From a virus (lineage: Duplodnaviria; Caudoviricetes), in the IMG/VR virus record IMGVR_UViG_3300017978_000202, positions 1 to 62,190 of that record: DNA of 62,190 bases. One strand, 5' to 3'. The position numbers were made by a program, and so were the translations under genes. The notes under the pieces were generated by a model. The model saw only the letters and a list, made by a program, of their open reading frames with translations. It was not told the DNA's origin and did not search any database. Below are positions 8,987 to 18,920 of this stretch, piece after piece. How positions within the stretch are numbered: position 1 is the first letter of the stretch; each line of letters begins with the position of its first letter.

Positions 8987-11900
8987 TTAACTTACTTCGC
9001 ATCCGCAGCAAACATCAATTACAGTCGTACTAGAGTAGCATAATGTTATAGGAGTAGAATCTCTTAAATCCCAAACAAGATACAAGTAATCCTGCAAAGC
9101 AGGCACTGTAAATTCCGCATAATTAATATTACCACCTCCTTGATTTGGTGTAGCTGTACTCGCTAATCCTAGCAACGTAGTTATGTTTGCAGGAGTATTG
9201 GTGTACAAGGTATTTGACATCAAGTATTTAAACTTGTCTGTAGCAGGGTTGAACACAAAAGTATCTGTAGATAATTTGTTACAGATAATTCTCAATGTAC
9301 TTCCAGCAGGAGCGAATGCTCCAGAGCCAACAGGTCCTGTCAATGCACTGTATCTTGACACCAAGGGATTCTCGACAGACGATGAGAACGTGGTAAGAAC
9401 AGATTGCAATGGCGATGTAAATGCGCCATTGGTATATCTATACTCGGTATGTATACTCTGACCTGCTTCGAAATCATTTGTCACAACAATTTGAACAATT
9501 GTGACACTCTCAGCTACCGTACACCCAGCAATTACAGAAAGGACTATGTCTCCTGTGTACTCAATAGTTATCGTTGCACTCTCAACGGATATGTTATCCT
9601 TAGGGAATGAAAGCGTACCACTGGTAGTTTCAGAACCTGTAGTAAATGTGTTACCATCATACACTACAGTTATCTCAAATGTAGCTCCGACACTAATTGT
9701 CTGAACGGTATAGTCGATATCTGATGTACCTACAGGAGCCCCCAAATCTACACAATACTCAAATGTTTTAGTTTGAGCTGGCAATGTGCTTAAAGTAAAC
9801 GTCTGCAATACACCACAAGCCAAGCACTCTGGGTTCAAAGGAATATCAGTTTCATTACTAGAAAGAACGTACTCATTCATGTATGGGTCAAACCCTCCTA
9901 GCTTCTGAGTAGAGTATGAGGCATTAAACTCATCTCTAAACCAAGTACGCATACCCAGCTCAGAGATGACAGCCAATTGGTCATTGCCTGTAGAATTACC
10001 TACCAACTGAATAACGGCACCTCTCTTTACATCAGTAAAGAATCTATTGAAGCCCCACTGTACGTAACTCTCAGGGTTGAAGCTGATGCCATACTTCTCC
10101 GTTCTTGCAATTTGATTACCTAGCACCTCAGGTACAGATGCAATAACACCGCCACCTGTAGAGTCTGAGATAATGTTTTTGCTTGACAACACATAAGATA
10201 TCTTGTCTTCTTGAAGAACAAGAATGTCAGTCTCTCTACCATCTAGGATGTAGATATCTCCAAATGATGGCTCCAGAACTTTAAAGTTAAGTAAGCCAAG
10301 GTTAAACTCGTTGAGCTTATTTACATTTGACTCAGCGCTATAAACACCGCTGTAAGTAATATCCGCAAATCTATCAGCTTCTCTGTAGTCCTGAGCAGAA
10401 ACGGTAGTTACTCTGTTACCAAAGTTAAAGAAGTTGCCAACCAAAGAATCTCTAATCTTATAGCTTTCCGCACCATTACCAAACGAGAAACAGTTAAAGA
10501 ACTTAGTATCTACAATTGCAGGTGTGGACGTAGCAATATTTTGATTTTGAATATTGCCCTGATGGTTTCCATTTATAATAGGAAATGACATCTCATTCTC
10601 AAAGAATACGTCAGGCAAAGCCTCTGATGGCTCTGTTTCAAATATTATTATTTTATCAGAACGGAATACTGTAATTGTTACTTCTACGTTTGAATCTCTT
10701 GCTCTTGGATTAGTTATTCCTGTACAAGAAACAGTTCCTGTAACCATCAACTGAAGTTGATTTGTTACAAGGTTTCTATGAAACTTATAATAGTTAGTGC
10801 AAGTAGCGGTAGAAATGGTTGGAGGAGTAACATCAGTATATCCCTGAAACACATTCTGAATCTCGCAAGCATTTCCTCCAACTACCTTAATGCCGTCATT
10901 CAGAAATTGCTCAATGTTTTCACCAACAAACCAATCATACATATTGTCGTATGAGTTTGCTGAGATAAAAGTTTTTTCAAGCGTGTTTCTTCTCTCCTCA
11001 CAAGCATTGCCGACACCGCCTCTGAATTGCTTTATTGACATCACAATTCTGCTTCCTGAAGGAACATCGTAGTCATCCCAGTCTGTGCCATTAAACACAT
11101 TCATTGGATAGAACAAAATAGGGTAGTCCCCTCCATTTTTTTCTTTTACGAATACTTTTCCGGGAGCAATAATTGCATTCTCATCTTTAATAATATTAAA
11201 GCTGTTCGGATTAATCTTTACATACACACCAGCCGGCACAGGGATAAAAACTGCAGGGTCATCTTCAGTTGGTATCTCTAAAAACCCTGTAGGCTGAGAA
11301 GATTTCTCTAGCACAGTTGCGTACACGCAGTTATTAGTTGGTCCCTCAGAGTCAGCTTTAACTATAAATCTATCTCCTACCTCAACCTTTCTAGAATTCT
11401 CTCCTTCTAACAAGAAGTAAGCGTTATTACTCTCAGGGTCTTGGAAGAATATGCTGCAGTAAATCACCTCATAATTTTCCTCACTAGGCTTAATAACAAA
11501 CTTGTATCTGGTAGCCCAAGCAGGAGGAAGTTGTGTTGATGGTATAGTTACCTGTATAGAGTTCTTTGAAGAAGATAATCCACAAGGAATATGAATGGTA
11601 TTGTTAGGGCTGACAATTGCTGTCGTAGACCTGTTGAATTCATCCATGTAAACAATAGCAACCTCATAGTCTCTATTGCTATGAAGACTTTGAGTATTTC
11701 CTATCTCTTGAAAGCTTGCCTGAGAAAAAGATATAGAGTAGTATTCGTAAGCCTCTTGAGTAGGCGTGACAAGATTGTCCACATATTTCATTGCGGGAAT
11801 CTGCAATCCTATCTGATTACTAGCAGGAGATGTTAATATCCCTATTGGCTGATTGATTGAGCTAATGCCACTTGAACTCTTAAATAAAGGGACCAAGTTA

Positions 11901-13399
11901 TTTGGCAATTCGCAATTAAATTGGTCCGTAAAAGTTATCCCATTACAAGCATTCGCAACTGGAGCTATATTTGAAGTTGTCCCTATTGCGTCTTGAAACT
12001 CTATACTAGAAGCCAACTCATACACTGACGTGTAGTTTTTGGATAAGAAAAATGCAAAGTTAAGTCTTATGTTTTCTGTAGTCTGAGTTGGGAAAGGTAA
12101 ATCTCCTGACCAATCCTCATGCTCTAAAGTAATATCTAAATTTATAGCGGCCCCCTCAACTAAATCTCTTCCGTCTAAGTCAATGTATACAATAGAGTTG
12201 GGTACATTTAAAGGTCCGTCAATAGAATAGTTTCCTGACTGAGTATTTGTATCTACGGTTGTTACTCCAATTTCCTCAGAAACCAAATCAGTAGAATACT
12301 CAATCATTAATGGAGCCCCATTTACATCAATCAAGTTATACCCCTCTACGTAGTTACCGTACATTAAACGGTTACCCATAATAGTTTGAGCCTTAGCAAA
12401 TCGAGGAACGTTGTCATAAAGCCTCAATAACTCAGACTCAGATAGGATTGTAAATATCTTGTTATTTGTAAATGTGTACTCATAATCTGTGTTATCAAGC
12501 AACCCTAGATTAGTCTTATCAAGCTTCTCAATAACACGGATAATATTTGCGTCAGCCTTCTTGAATAGCAAGTCAATGCCAACTACTAATGGACCTCCTG
12601 AGTTGTATGTGATAATTGCTGAGTTGCACAGGTTGACCATGCCTTCGTTCAAGTAGCTATCAACACTAAAGTTGAATGCTTTAGGAACAAATGCTGGAGC
12701 AGACCACTGAGATGTGGCACTGTACTCACCATCTTCATATTTATACCTGTAAGCAAAGCAAATAAATCTAGTCTCAAGATAATTCTCCTGACCATTATTT
12801 ACTGTAGGCTGAACTGCTGGAGCCTCTACTGGTGGCTTTTTGATTACTAACAAAGACTCAGCACTAACCTCATCAATGTTTGTGATTGGGTTAGGATAGT
12901 TCTTTTGGACATTTATAACTCTAGGAGGATTGTAGTCATCTGTAAAAAACAGAAGCTTATTATCCAAGATATCTACCCCTGTGATGAGATAGTTGGAGTT
13001 AAAATTCAAAGTGGTATTTACGTTGCCTCCATCATTAATTGAAATGACGTGATAGGTCAATATGTTTGTGCTAACATTAAATGACACTATCAAGTCTAGC
13101 TTGCCTGTGGCTCCAATAGGAAAGTTGGGGTCATGGACAAACCAATAAATAGTTTCGGTAAAGCTATTCTCAATAGCTCCAATACATTTTGCAGCAGCAC
13201 TTAGAGGAGTTCCGTCAAGATAGCTCAATGATGTTAACGGAGTATTGCCTTTGGTGTTTTCAATTACACCAATCTCAGAGTTCTCAGTAGAACCCATCCG
13301 TATATTCATGGCATCAATATATTCTCCGTCAGGGACAACTCTTTGGTCATAGACCTTATTCATTCTCCCTGCTGTGAAGTTCCTGCTAAACTTTGCCAT
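8987..13399 (-). CDS. Tail stabilization/muzzle protein, 1470 aa
   Basis: N-terminal F..GRMNK..D.R..P.GEY.DA.N, FAYRYKY.DGEYS, GNRLMYGNY motifs typical of crAss-like stabilization proteins. Confidence 0.75.
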   Translation of the reverse strand: MAKFSRNFTAGRMNKVYDQRVVPDGEYIDAMNIRMGSTENSEIGVIENTKGNTPLTSLSYLDGTPLSAAAKCIGAIENSFTETIYWFVHDPNFPIGATGKLDLIVSFNVSTNILTYHVISINDGGNVNTTLNFNSNYLITGVDILDNKLLFFTDDYNPPRVINVQKNYPNPITNIDEVSAESLLVIKKPPVEAPAVQPTVNNGQENYLETRFICFAYRYKYEDGEYSATSQWSAPAFVPKAFNFSVDSYLNEGMVNLCNSAIITYNSGGPLVVGIDLLFKKADANIIRVIEKLDKTNLGLLDNTDYEYTFTNNKIFTILSESELLRLYDNVPRFAKAQTIMGNRLMYGNYVEGYNLIDVNGAPLMIEYSTDLVSEEIGVTTVDTNTQSGNYSIDGPLNVPNSIVYIDLDGRDLVEGAAINLDITLEHEDWSGDLPFPTQTTENIRLNFAFFLSKNYTSVYELASSIEFQDAIGTTSNIAPVANACNGITFTDQFNCELPNNLVPLFKSSSGISSINQPIGILTSPASNQIGLQIPAMKYVDNLVTPTQEAYEYYSISFSQASFQEIGNTQSLHSNRDYEVAIVYMDEFNRSTTAIVSPNNTIHIPCGLSSSKNSIQVTIPSTQLPPAWATRYKFVIKPSEENYEVIYCSIFFQDPESNNAYFLLEGENSRKVEVGDRFIVKADSEGPTNNCVYATVLEKSSQPTGFLEIPTEDDPAVFIPVPAGVYVKINPNSFNIIKDENAIIAPGKVFVKEKNGGDYPILFYPMNVFNGTDWDDYDVPSGSRIVMSIKQFRGGVGNACEERRNTLEKTFISANSYDNMYDWFVGENIEQFLNDGIKVVGGNACEIQNVFQGYTDVTPPTISTATCTNYYKFHRNLVTNQLQLMVTGTVSCTGITNPRARDSNVEVTITVFRSDKIIIFETEPSEALPDVFFENEMSFPIINGNHQGNIQNQNIATSTPAIVDTKFFNCFSFGNGAESYKIRDSLVGNFFNFGNRVTTVSAQDYREADRFADITYSGVYSAESNVNKLNEFNLGLLNFKVLEPSFGDIYILDGRETDILVLQEDKISYVLSSKNIISDSTGGGVIASVPEVLGNQIARTEKYGISFNPESYVQWGFNRFFTDVKRGAVIQLVGNSTGNDQLAVISELGMRTWFRDEFNASYSTQKLGGFDPYMNEYVLSSNETDIPLNPECLACGVLQTFTLSTLPAQTKTFEYCVDLGAPVGTSDIDYTVQTISVGATFEITVVYDGNTFTTGSETTSGTLSFPKDNISVESATITIEYTGDIVLSVIAGCTVAESVTIVQIVVTNDFEAGQSIHTEYRYTNGAFTSPLQSVLTTFSSSVENPLVSRYSALTGPVGSGAFAPAGSTLRIICNKLSTDTFVFNPATDKFKYLMSNTLYTNTPANITTLLGLASTATPNQGGGNINYAEFTVPALQDYLYLVWDLRDSTPITLCYSSTTVIDVCCGCEVS

Positions 13400-13400
13400 C

Positions 13401-14324
13401 TTATTTAATTTGCTTGTCTAATCCTCTCAAATTCATTAAGAGTCTACCCGGATGAATATTACTGATTCTAATCTTAGCGTTTCTCAGTAAGGCTGATTTC
13501 TCCTTACGAGCACGAGCAACAATATATTCTTGAACTCCTAATTTGCTGCTCAATATTTCATACTGAATATAGGCATAAACGTACTTTTCAAATAATTTAT
13601 TTACCGTAATCTTTGAGTTATCTCCCTGCTCCATGCCATCAGACACGTACTCAACAATACATGATTGACCAGCCATTGGTGAATCAAAGTTGATTACACC
13701 AGCTTTTCTGTCAATATTAAAGGTAGGGTTGAAGTTAGCCGTCTCAGTATTTAAACCATAAGCGGCACCAATGTTCCCTTCAAAATACCACATCCCATCA
13801 TAGTTCCACCCTTCGTTACCATCAAATTGATTGTCCTTATTGAGGTATATACTTTTCTTAATACTTGTGATGTTATCTAAATCAATCTGAGAATACTCAG
13901 GAGACAATGCGTTTCCATTTTCATCAAATAGAATCCTGTATTGATTGTCCTGAAGATATGCTTTAGATGATAAGGTCTGAATGTTTTCAGACAATGGTCT
14001 TAACCACCCATCCTTGTAAAGAGATATTCTCACCCAGTTGACATAGTCAGAAGGCAAGATGTACCTTAAACTTTCAGACACTGTAAGCTCCAATACTTTT
14101 ATCTCCTTAAAAGCATCGTAGTTCAACTCTTGAATAGCTCTCTTTGCGTGGAACAGTATTCTGTATCGCTCCTCATTGTTCACTAGAGAGTGATTCCCTG
14201 AGTACATTAATAGGAAGTTGTTAACAATATCCTGAAGGCTCACATACTGATAAGAGCCCCAATTGGCATCCTCAGGAACAACGCCACCATTTTCGTAATA
14301 CTGATATTGACTGATGTATGCCAT
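13401..14324 (-). CDS. Tail ring/adaptor protein
   Basis: AKRAIQELNYD, LPSDYVNWVRIS, VEYVSDG motifs; position. Confidence 0.65.
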   Translation of the reverse strand: MAYISQYQYYENGGVVPEDANWGSYQYVSLQDIVNNFLLMYSGNHSLVNNEERYRILFHAKRAIQELNYDAFKEIKVLELTVSESLRYILPSDYVNWVRISLYKDGWLRPLSENIQTLSSKAYLQDNQYRILFDENGNALSPEYSQIDLDNITSIKKSIYLNKDNQFDGNEGWNYDGMWYFEGNIGAAYGLNTETANFNPTFNIDRKAGVINFDSPMAGQSCIVEYVSDGMEQGDNSKITVNKLFEKYVYAYIQYEILSSKLGVQEYIVARARKEKSALLRNAKIRISNIHPGRLLMNLRGLDKQIK

Positions 14325-14326
14325 GA

Positions 14327-15067
14327 TTATTGTGATTGTTTTTGTTCTTCATTACCGCCAAACTGTACTGCCTCAATCTCACGTATAGACATCCCTGCAT
14401 ACTGAAGAATCTTTGAGACAAGTTTTATCTCGTCTTCCAATGGAACTTCAAAGTCTTGGTAGTCAAGTTGAGATTGATTAAACACTGGCTCACCATTTGC
14501 CAAAGTAACATACGTCCACTTCGGGTCTTTTGGATACCTAAAGTAATTTGCATCAACCTCGTTTGGTAAATTAATACTAGCAGGATAAACTGTAAGGGAT
14601 GAGCCCTCTTGTGTGTAAGCAGGATATAGTTCGGTAGGAGCTGTAAGGTTTGAGTTTACAAGCATTGTAATTTTTGAATGAGTAACCTTCTCTGCTTCAC
14701 CTTTGAATACTCTAGTTGGACCAGATGCATCGTAACAAAGAACCTTGTTAATCATGAAGTAATCAAATCCTGTAGTAGTCGCAGATGGAAGAAAGAATCT
14801 ATTTGAAGCTGGAGTCACCTGAGTAAGAGTAGATGTAACTATGAATGTTTCAACTGCTTCCTCTACTGCTTTACGTAAGTCGGCATAATCAGTTCCTGAC
14901 ATCCGAGCATTCTCCATGTTTATTATCTTATTGTACTCAGAAAAGTACTCTTCAAATATTTCCATCTGAGCCTGCTTGGCAAACAAGTTAAAGTCTGACG
15001 GAGATATGTACCCGTAGTTGTTCTTGTTCAAAACGGATAGTACCGTATTTCTAACAGAGTTTATCAT
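14327..15067 (-). CDS. Head-tail adaptor/ring protein
   Basis: LNKNNYGYISP.DFNLFA.QAQ and Y.RYPKDPKW motifs; position after capsid genes. Confidence 0.6.
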   Translation of the reverse strand: MINSVRNTVLSVLNKNNYGYISPSDFNLFAKQAQMEIFEEYFSEYNKIINMENARMSGTDYADLRKAVEEAVETFIVTSTLTQVTPASNRFFLPSATTTGFDYFMINKVLCYDASGPTRVFKGEAEKVTHSKITMLVNSNLTAPTELYPAYTQEGSSLTVYPASINLPNEVDANYFRYPKDPKWTYVTLANGEPVFNQSQLDYQDFEVPLEDEIKLVSKILQYAGMSIREIEAVQFGGNEEQKQSQ

Positions 15068-15093
15068 TTTTTCGCCTTTTTACAAATATACAT

Positions 15094-15122
15094 AAAAAAA
15101 AGAGGGCACAAAAAATGCCCTC
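15094..15122 (-). terminator. Rho-independent terminator
   Basis: GAGGGCA-loop-TGCCCTC followed by T8 on the minus strand. Confidence 0.75.
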
Positions 15123-15154
15123 ATTTCCAAGTATCAGCAAATCATTTTAACTAT

Positions 15155-15895
15155 TTATGCCAATATAGCATCTAACATTCTTAGTGAATCAATACCTTCG
15201 TCACTCTGTAAGAATCCACCTGCAATTTCATAGGGGTCCTCACCATAAGGGATTGACATCATCTTCTTTTTGTTAGTCGCTGTATTAAACCAAATCTCTT
15301 TATCATTGTTTCTCAAAATCAATAACTTGTTTTCGAAGAACATTCTGATTTTAGCTTGAAACTTTAATTCAGGGTCATTCAATATATTCAAAAACTCTCT
15401 AGGGTCTGTCTTGGCAAATACCAAGATGTCACGCTTCAATTCAGCTGTGGACACAGTCGATGGGTCCTTGCCAAACATTACTCTAGTAAGAGTTTCAATC
15501 TGTTCGATAGTCAATTGACGAGCTTCTACTAATGCCTCTACCTCTAGGTTCAAATCATTGACCTCATCAGCTGCTTCTTTCTCCTTGTCTACTTCAGTAA
15601 ATATAATTCCATTTAATGGATGGTAGTGTAGGAACTGCTGTAGTACAGGGTTTTGCTTTGGGACTCTTAGGAATCCATCTTCAAAGATAATAGGCTCAAT
15701 GATTGCATTGCCATCTTGTTCGTCTTCAAATGGAGACTTCTGATTGGTTGCATATCTAAGAGCTCGATTGACATTGTTCTTCTCATCAAACCACATAAGA
15801 GGGAATCTAGGGTGGTTTCTTGATGCTAGTGTGTAGGAAAGTGGATTCCCAATTTTAAGTTTGTAGACCTTGTCTACAGGTGTAACCTTAGCCAT
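15155..15895 (-). CDS. Conserved hypothetical protein downstream of capsid gene
   Basis: 246-aa ORF with LRYATNQKSPF.DEQ and FL.YHP.NG motifs; A-rich leader. Confidence 0.7.
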   Translation of the reverse strand: MAKVTPVDKVYKLKIGNPLSYTLASRNHPRFPLMWFDEKNNVNRALRYATNQKSPFEDEQDGNAIIEPIIFEDGFLRVPKQNPVLQQFLHYHPLNGIIFTEVDKEKEAADEVNDLNLEVEALVEARQLTIEQIETLTRVMFGKDPSTVSTAELKRDILVFAKTDPREFLNILNDPELKFQAKIRMFFENKLLILRNNDKEIWFNTATNKKKMMSIPYGEDPYEIAGGFLQSDEGIDSLRMLDAILA

Positions 15896-15964
15896 TTGTT
15901 GTTAGATTTAATTTGATTTAAAATTTAAAATAGAGAGAGTCAAAGCGACTCCCTCAGTTAATTT

Positions 15965-16306
15965 TTACTTCTTTGCTTTAAGCTTATTAACCAATTGTTT
16001 AGCTGCAGTCTTACTCTCACTACGAGCTATGTTTCCTTTTGATGTAACTTTTCCAGCTGAATTTCTCATAGTATAGTTATAAGTCTGTTCATCTGGATTG
16101 TTCATGTTTGTGGTATCAATTGACATTCTATATCCTTTTTTACCAACTGGAACATCCATTAATGGCGCTCTCTTATTAATAGTACTAGGCTTCTTTGCTG
16201 GTTCGTCAACAATTCTAGAGGCTTTTACTGTAACCTGAGGCAGTGTTTTTGGTCCCGGTCCTTTTTTCTTTGGTACTGGGTCTCCTCCCTTTTTCTTAAT
16301 AGCCAT
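15965..16306 (-). CDS. Lys-rich small protein
   Basis: 113 aa, ATG with A-rich leader, fills the intergenic gap. Confidence 0.6.
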   Translation of the reverse strand: MAIKKKGGDPVPKKKGPGPKTLPQVTVKASRIVDEPAKKPSTINKRAPLMDVPVGKKGYRMSIDTTNMNNPDEQTYNYTMRNSAGKVTSKGNIARSESKTAAKQLVNKLKAKK

Positions 16307-16327
16307 GATGTTTTTTATTTAAAGGTT

Positions 16328-16351
16328 AAAAGAGGGGCCAATCGGCCCCTC
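16328..16351 (-). terminator. Terminator after major capsid gene
   Basis: GAGGGGCC-GATT-GGCCCCTC-TTTT on the minus strand. Confidence 0.7.
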
Positions 16352-16361
16352 TGTTTATTTA

Positions 16362-17780
16362 TCATCCGTATCTGAACAACACGAAGTTGTTTGCACCCAA
16401 GGTACATACACAACGCTCAGATAGGAAGTTGACCTCCATTGCATCAAGGTCGCTGGTAGCAGCACCACCGGCAGAACCAGTAATCCAAGTCTTGTAACGT
16501 CTGTCTTCAGCTTCAGAAGCTCTGTAACGTACGTGCAAGAATGGACGCTTAGCGTTCTTACCCATGATTTGGTCATACACTGAAGTGGAACCTGCAGGAA
16601 CCATCAAACCTGTGATAGTACCAGTTGCAGTAGCTGCAGTAGTATTTAGACCTCCACGCATAGTTGGGTCGTTCAAGTACTTCCAGTCAGACTTGTAGAA
16701 GTCATAACCTCTACGGAAGCCAGTAAATCCAAGGTTCAACGCCATGTCAACATCGTTGTCAAATAGACCATAAGATGCAGCGCCTGCAGCGTTAACTCCA
16801 TTGTATCCGTTCAAGGTAGCCAACATATTGTCGATGTCGAAGCTAAGGCCACGATTAACGAACACTACGTTCTCTTCGATAGCTCCCTGCTTGTCAAGTC
16901 GAGATACGATAGAATCCCAATCAGAAAGAGAGGTTGGAGTACCACCGCCCCATACGTTTCCTCTGTTGTTTACAACATAGAAGATACCTTCAGAACCCAT
17001 CATTCCAGCAGTCTTGGCTCCAGAACCAGTAGCAGCAGGAACTGCTTCAATCATTGCAGTCTCAAGATAATCTTCGAAACGTAGACGAGTCTCGTGCTCA
17101 GACTTCAAATACCAAAGGTATCCAGTTGCACCATTCTCGGTAGTTACTTCTACCCATCCAATCTGAGCCATGTCAGAACCGTTAACCGCATACTTATCTT
17201 TGATGATAATAGGGTTGTTAGAGAAGATTTCATCTTCAGATTCCAAAGAACCAACCATTCCGTTAGTACCTTTCTTGAATTCAGAACCGTAAATAAATAC
17301 AGTACACTGAGTAGAAACTGCGAACGCCTGTCCAGCTGCCTCATAGAAAGCTACAGTGAAAGTAGTTGCAGAAGGTACAGCAGTTACGATTGCTTTGTTG
17401 AATACACCTGAAGCGTTATTCTGAATCATCAAAGTCTGACCTACACGGATTGCGATGTAAGTAACACCACTGTCAGCTACAGTAAAGGTTGCAGTGTTTG
17501 CACCAAGAGCTGCGGCTGAAGTTACGTCAGTGTACTTAATGTGTAGACGTCCTTGTTCTGCCCACTTAATTTGGTCAGAGTTAGAAGGCATCTCAGCTCC
17601 TACCATTCTAAGGAAAGAAGCGATGGTTCTATTACCATAACGCTCAAATTCTTTCTCATAAGTATCAGGAAGATACTGGTTCAAGAAGTTGAAGTTGGTA
17701 ATGTAGTTTGTTTGCAAAGCTACCTGTTCTGCAGAAGGCTGCAGCTGATAGGTAGGGTTGTTTAATAATGCACTTGCCAT
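16362..17780 (-). CDS. Major capsid protein
   Basis: 472 aa; QYLPD.YE.E.ERYGNRT, WAEQGRLH, GFRRGYDFYK motifs; follows portal and scaffold; strong codon bias. Confidence 0.85.
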   Translation of the reverse strand: MASALLNNPTYQLQPSAEQVALQTNYITNFNFLNQYLPDTYEKEFERYGNRTIASFLRMVGAEMPSNSDQIKWAEQGRLHIKYTDVTSAAALGANTATFTVADSGVTYIAIRVGQTLMIQNNASGVFNKAIVTAVPSATTFTVAFYEAAGQAFAVSTQCTVFIYGSEFKKGTNGMVGSLESEDEIFSNNPIIIKDKYAVNGSDMAQIGWVEVTTENGATGYLWYLKSEHETRLRFEDYLETAMIEAVPAATGSGAKTAGMMGSEGIFYVVNNRGNVWGGGTPTSLSDWDSIVSRLDKQGAIEENVVFVNRGLSFDIDNMLATLNGYNGVNAAGAASYGLFDNDVDMALNLGFTGFRRGYDFYKSDWKYLNDPTMRGGLNTTAATATGTITGLMVPAGSTSVYDQIMGKNAKRPFLHVRYRASEAEDRRYKTWITGSAGGAATSDLDAMEVNFLSERCVCTLGANNFVLFRYG

Positions 17781-17800
17781 TGTTTTTTAGTTTTTAGTTT

Positions 17801-18874
17801 TTACATTTTTTTTGCGCTGCGGATTCTCAGGTTTTTACCTGAGTCAGGGTTTACCGCCCTCACCTGCATTCCTCCTGTTGGCTGCCCTATTTCAGGAGCT
17901 CTACGCTCCGTCATATTAATGTTCTTGATTTTACGAGTAACATCGTCAGTAGCATCTGACATACCTTGCTCATAAAAAAACTTGGCAAACTTCTCAGGAT
18001 TCATTGCCATGGCTAATGACCTGTGGTATCCCGATGCGTCTTTAATCATACCGTTTTCATCCAAGAACTTATTGATAAAGTTCTGAGGAGTAGCCTGCAT
18101 TCTTTTCAACTCATTGGCATCACCCGGAGCAAACGAAATTCTCTTGTCGTTAATGTTGAACTCAAATCCTTTGAAGTCTTTACTAAAGACCTCATCTGTC
18201 TTTTGGTCAAACCATTTACGCTTTCGATTAGTCTCCTCCTCTATAGTTTTCGCCTCACTAATATATTGTTTGTAGCTATCATACAACTCCTTCTCTTCAT
18301 CGGAAACAAAGCCCATACTTGACTCAAGCGGGACTTTATATTTTTCCTTCTGATTGTTGAAGTATTTCTTAGCCTCAGCAATAATTTTTTTCCTAGCTAT
18401 CTTAGCTTTCTTAACAGTAGACTCATCATCCAAATCTTCATCGAATGAATAGTCATCCATCAAAGCCTCAATATCCTCACTGTCTAATCCTTCTTGAGTA
18501 GATGTGAGATAGTTTCTTAGTAGCTCTTCTGAGTCCATTGAATCGAAATCCTTATTCAATTGCAAGAAATCCTCGAATCCTCTACCTGTTTCTTTTTTAT
18601 ACTTTAAATAAGCAGCCACATCTTCAGGCAATGGCTCTGAGTCTTTACGCTCAGCAACCAAATCATCCAATGAATTAATCTGCTTATTGTACCTTTTACC
18701 AATATATGAAAGAACGTCTTCGTCTTTAAAGTTAAACTCTACAGGCTCAGGCTCTTCAATAGAGCCTTCATTACTTTCTACTAATGACTGCTCGTGTTTT
18801 TCAATCAACTCGTTTTCTACCTCTTGAACACTCTTCGGTTCAATGACGTCTAGTGACCTTACTTTGATTTCCAT
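17801..18874 (-). CDS. Capsid scaffolding-like protein
   Basis: Acidic helical protein between portal and MCP; ETGRG..DF and KFFYEQG motifs. Confidence 0.65.
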   Translation of the reverse strand: MEIKVRSLDVIEPKSVQEVENELIEKHEQSLVESNEGSIEEPEPVEFNFKDEDVLSYIGKRYNKQINSLDDLVAERKDSEPLPEDVAAYLKYKKETGRGFEDFLQLNKDFDSMDSEELLRNYLTSTQEGLDSEDIEALMDDYSFDEDLDDESTVKKAKIARKKIIAEAKKYFNNQKEKYKVPLESSMGFVSDEEKELYDSYKQYISEAKTIEEETNRKRKWFDQKTDEVFSKDFKGFEFNINDKRISFAPGDANELKRMQATPQNFINKFLDENGMIKDASGYHRSLAMAMNPEKFAKFFYEQGMSDATDDVTRKIKNINMTERRAPEIGQPTGGMQVRAVNPDSGKNLRIRSAKKM

Positions 18875-18920
18875 TTTATTAGATTTTATTTGTACAAACT
18901 TAATTAATTATTTTAACATT

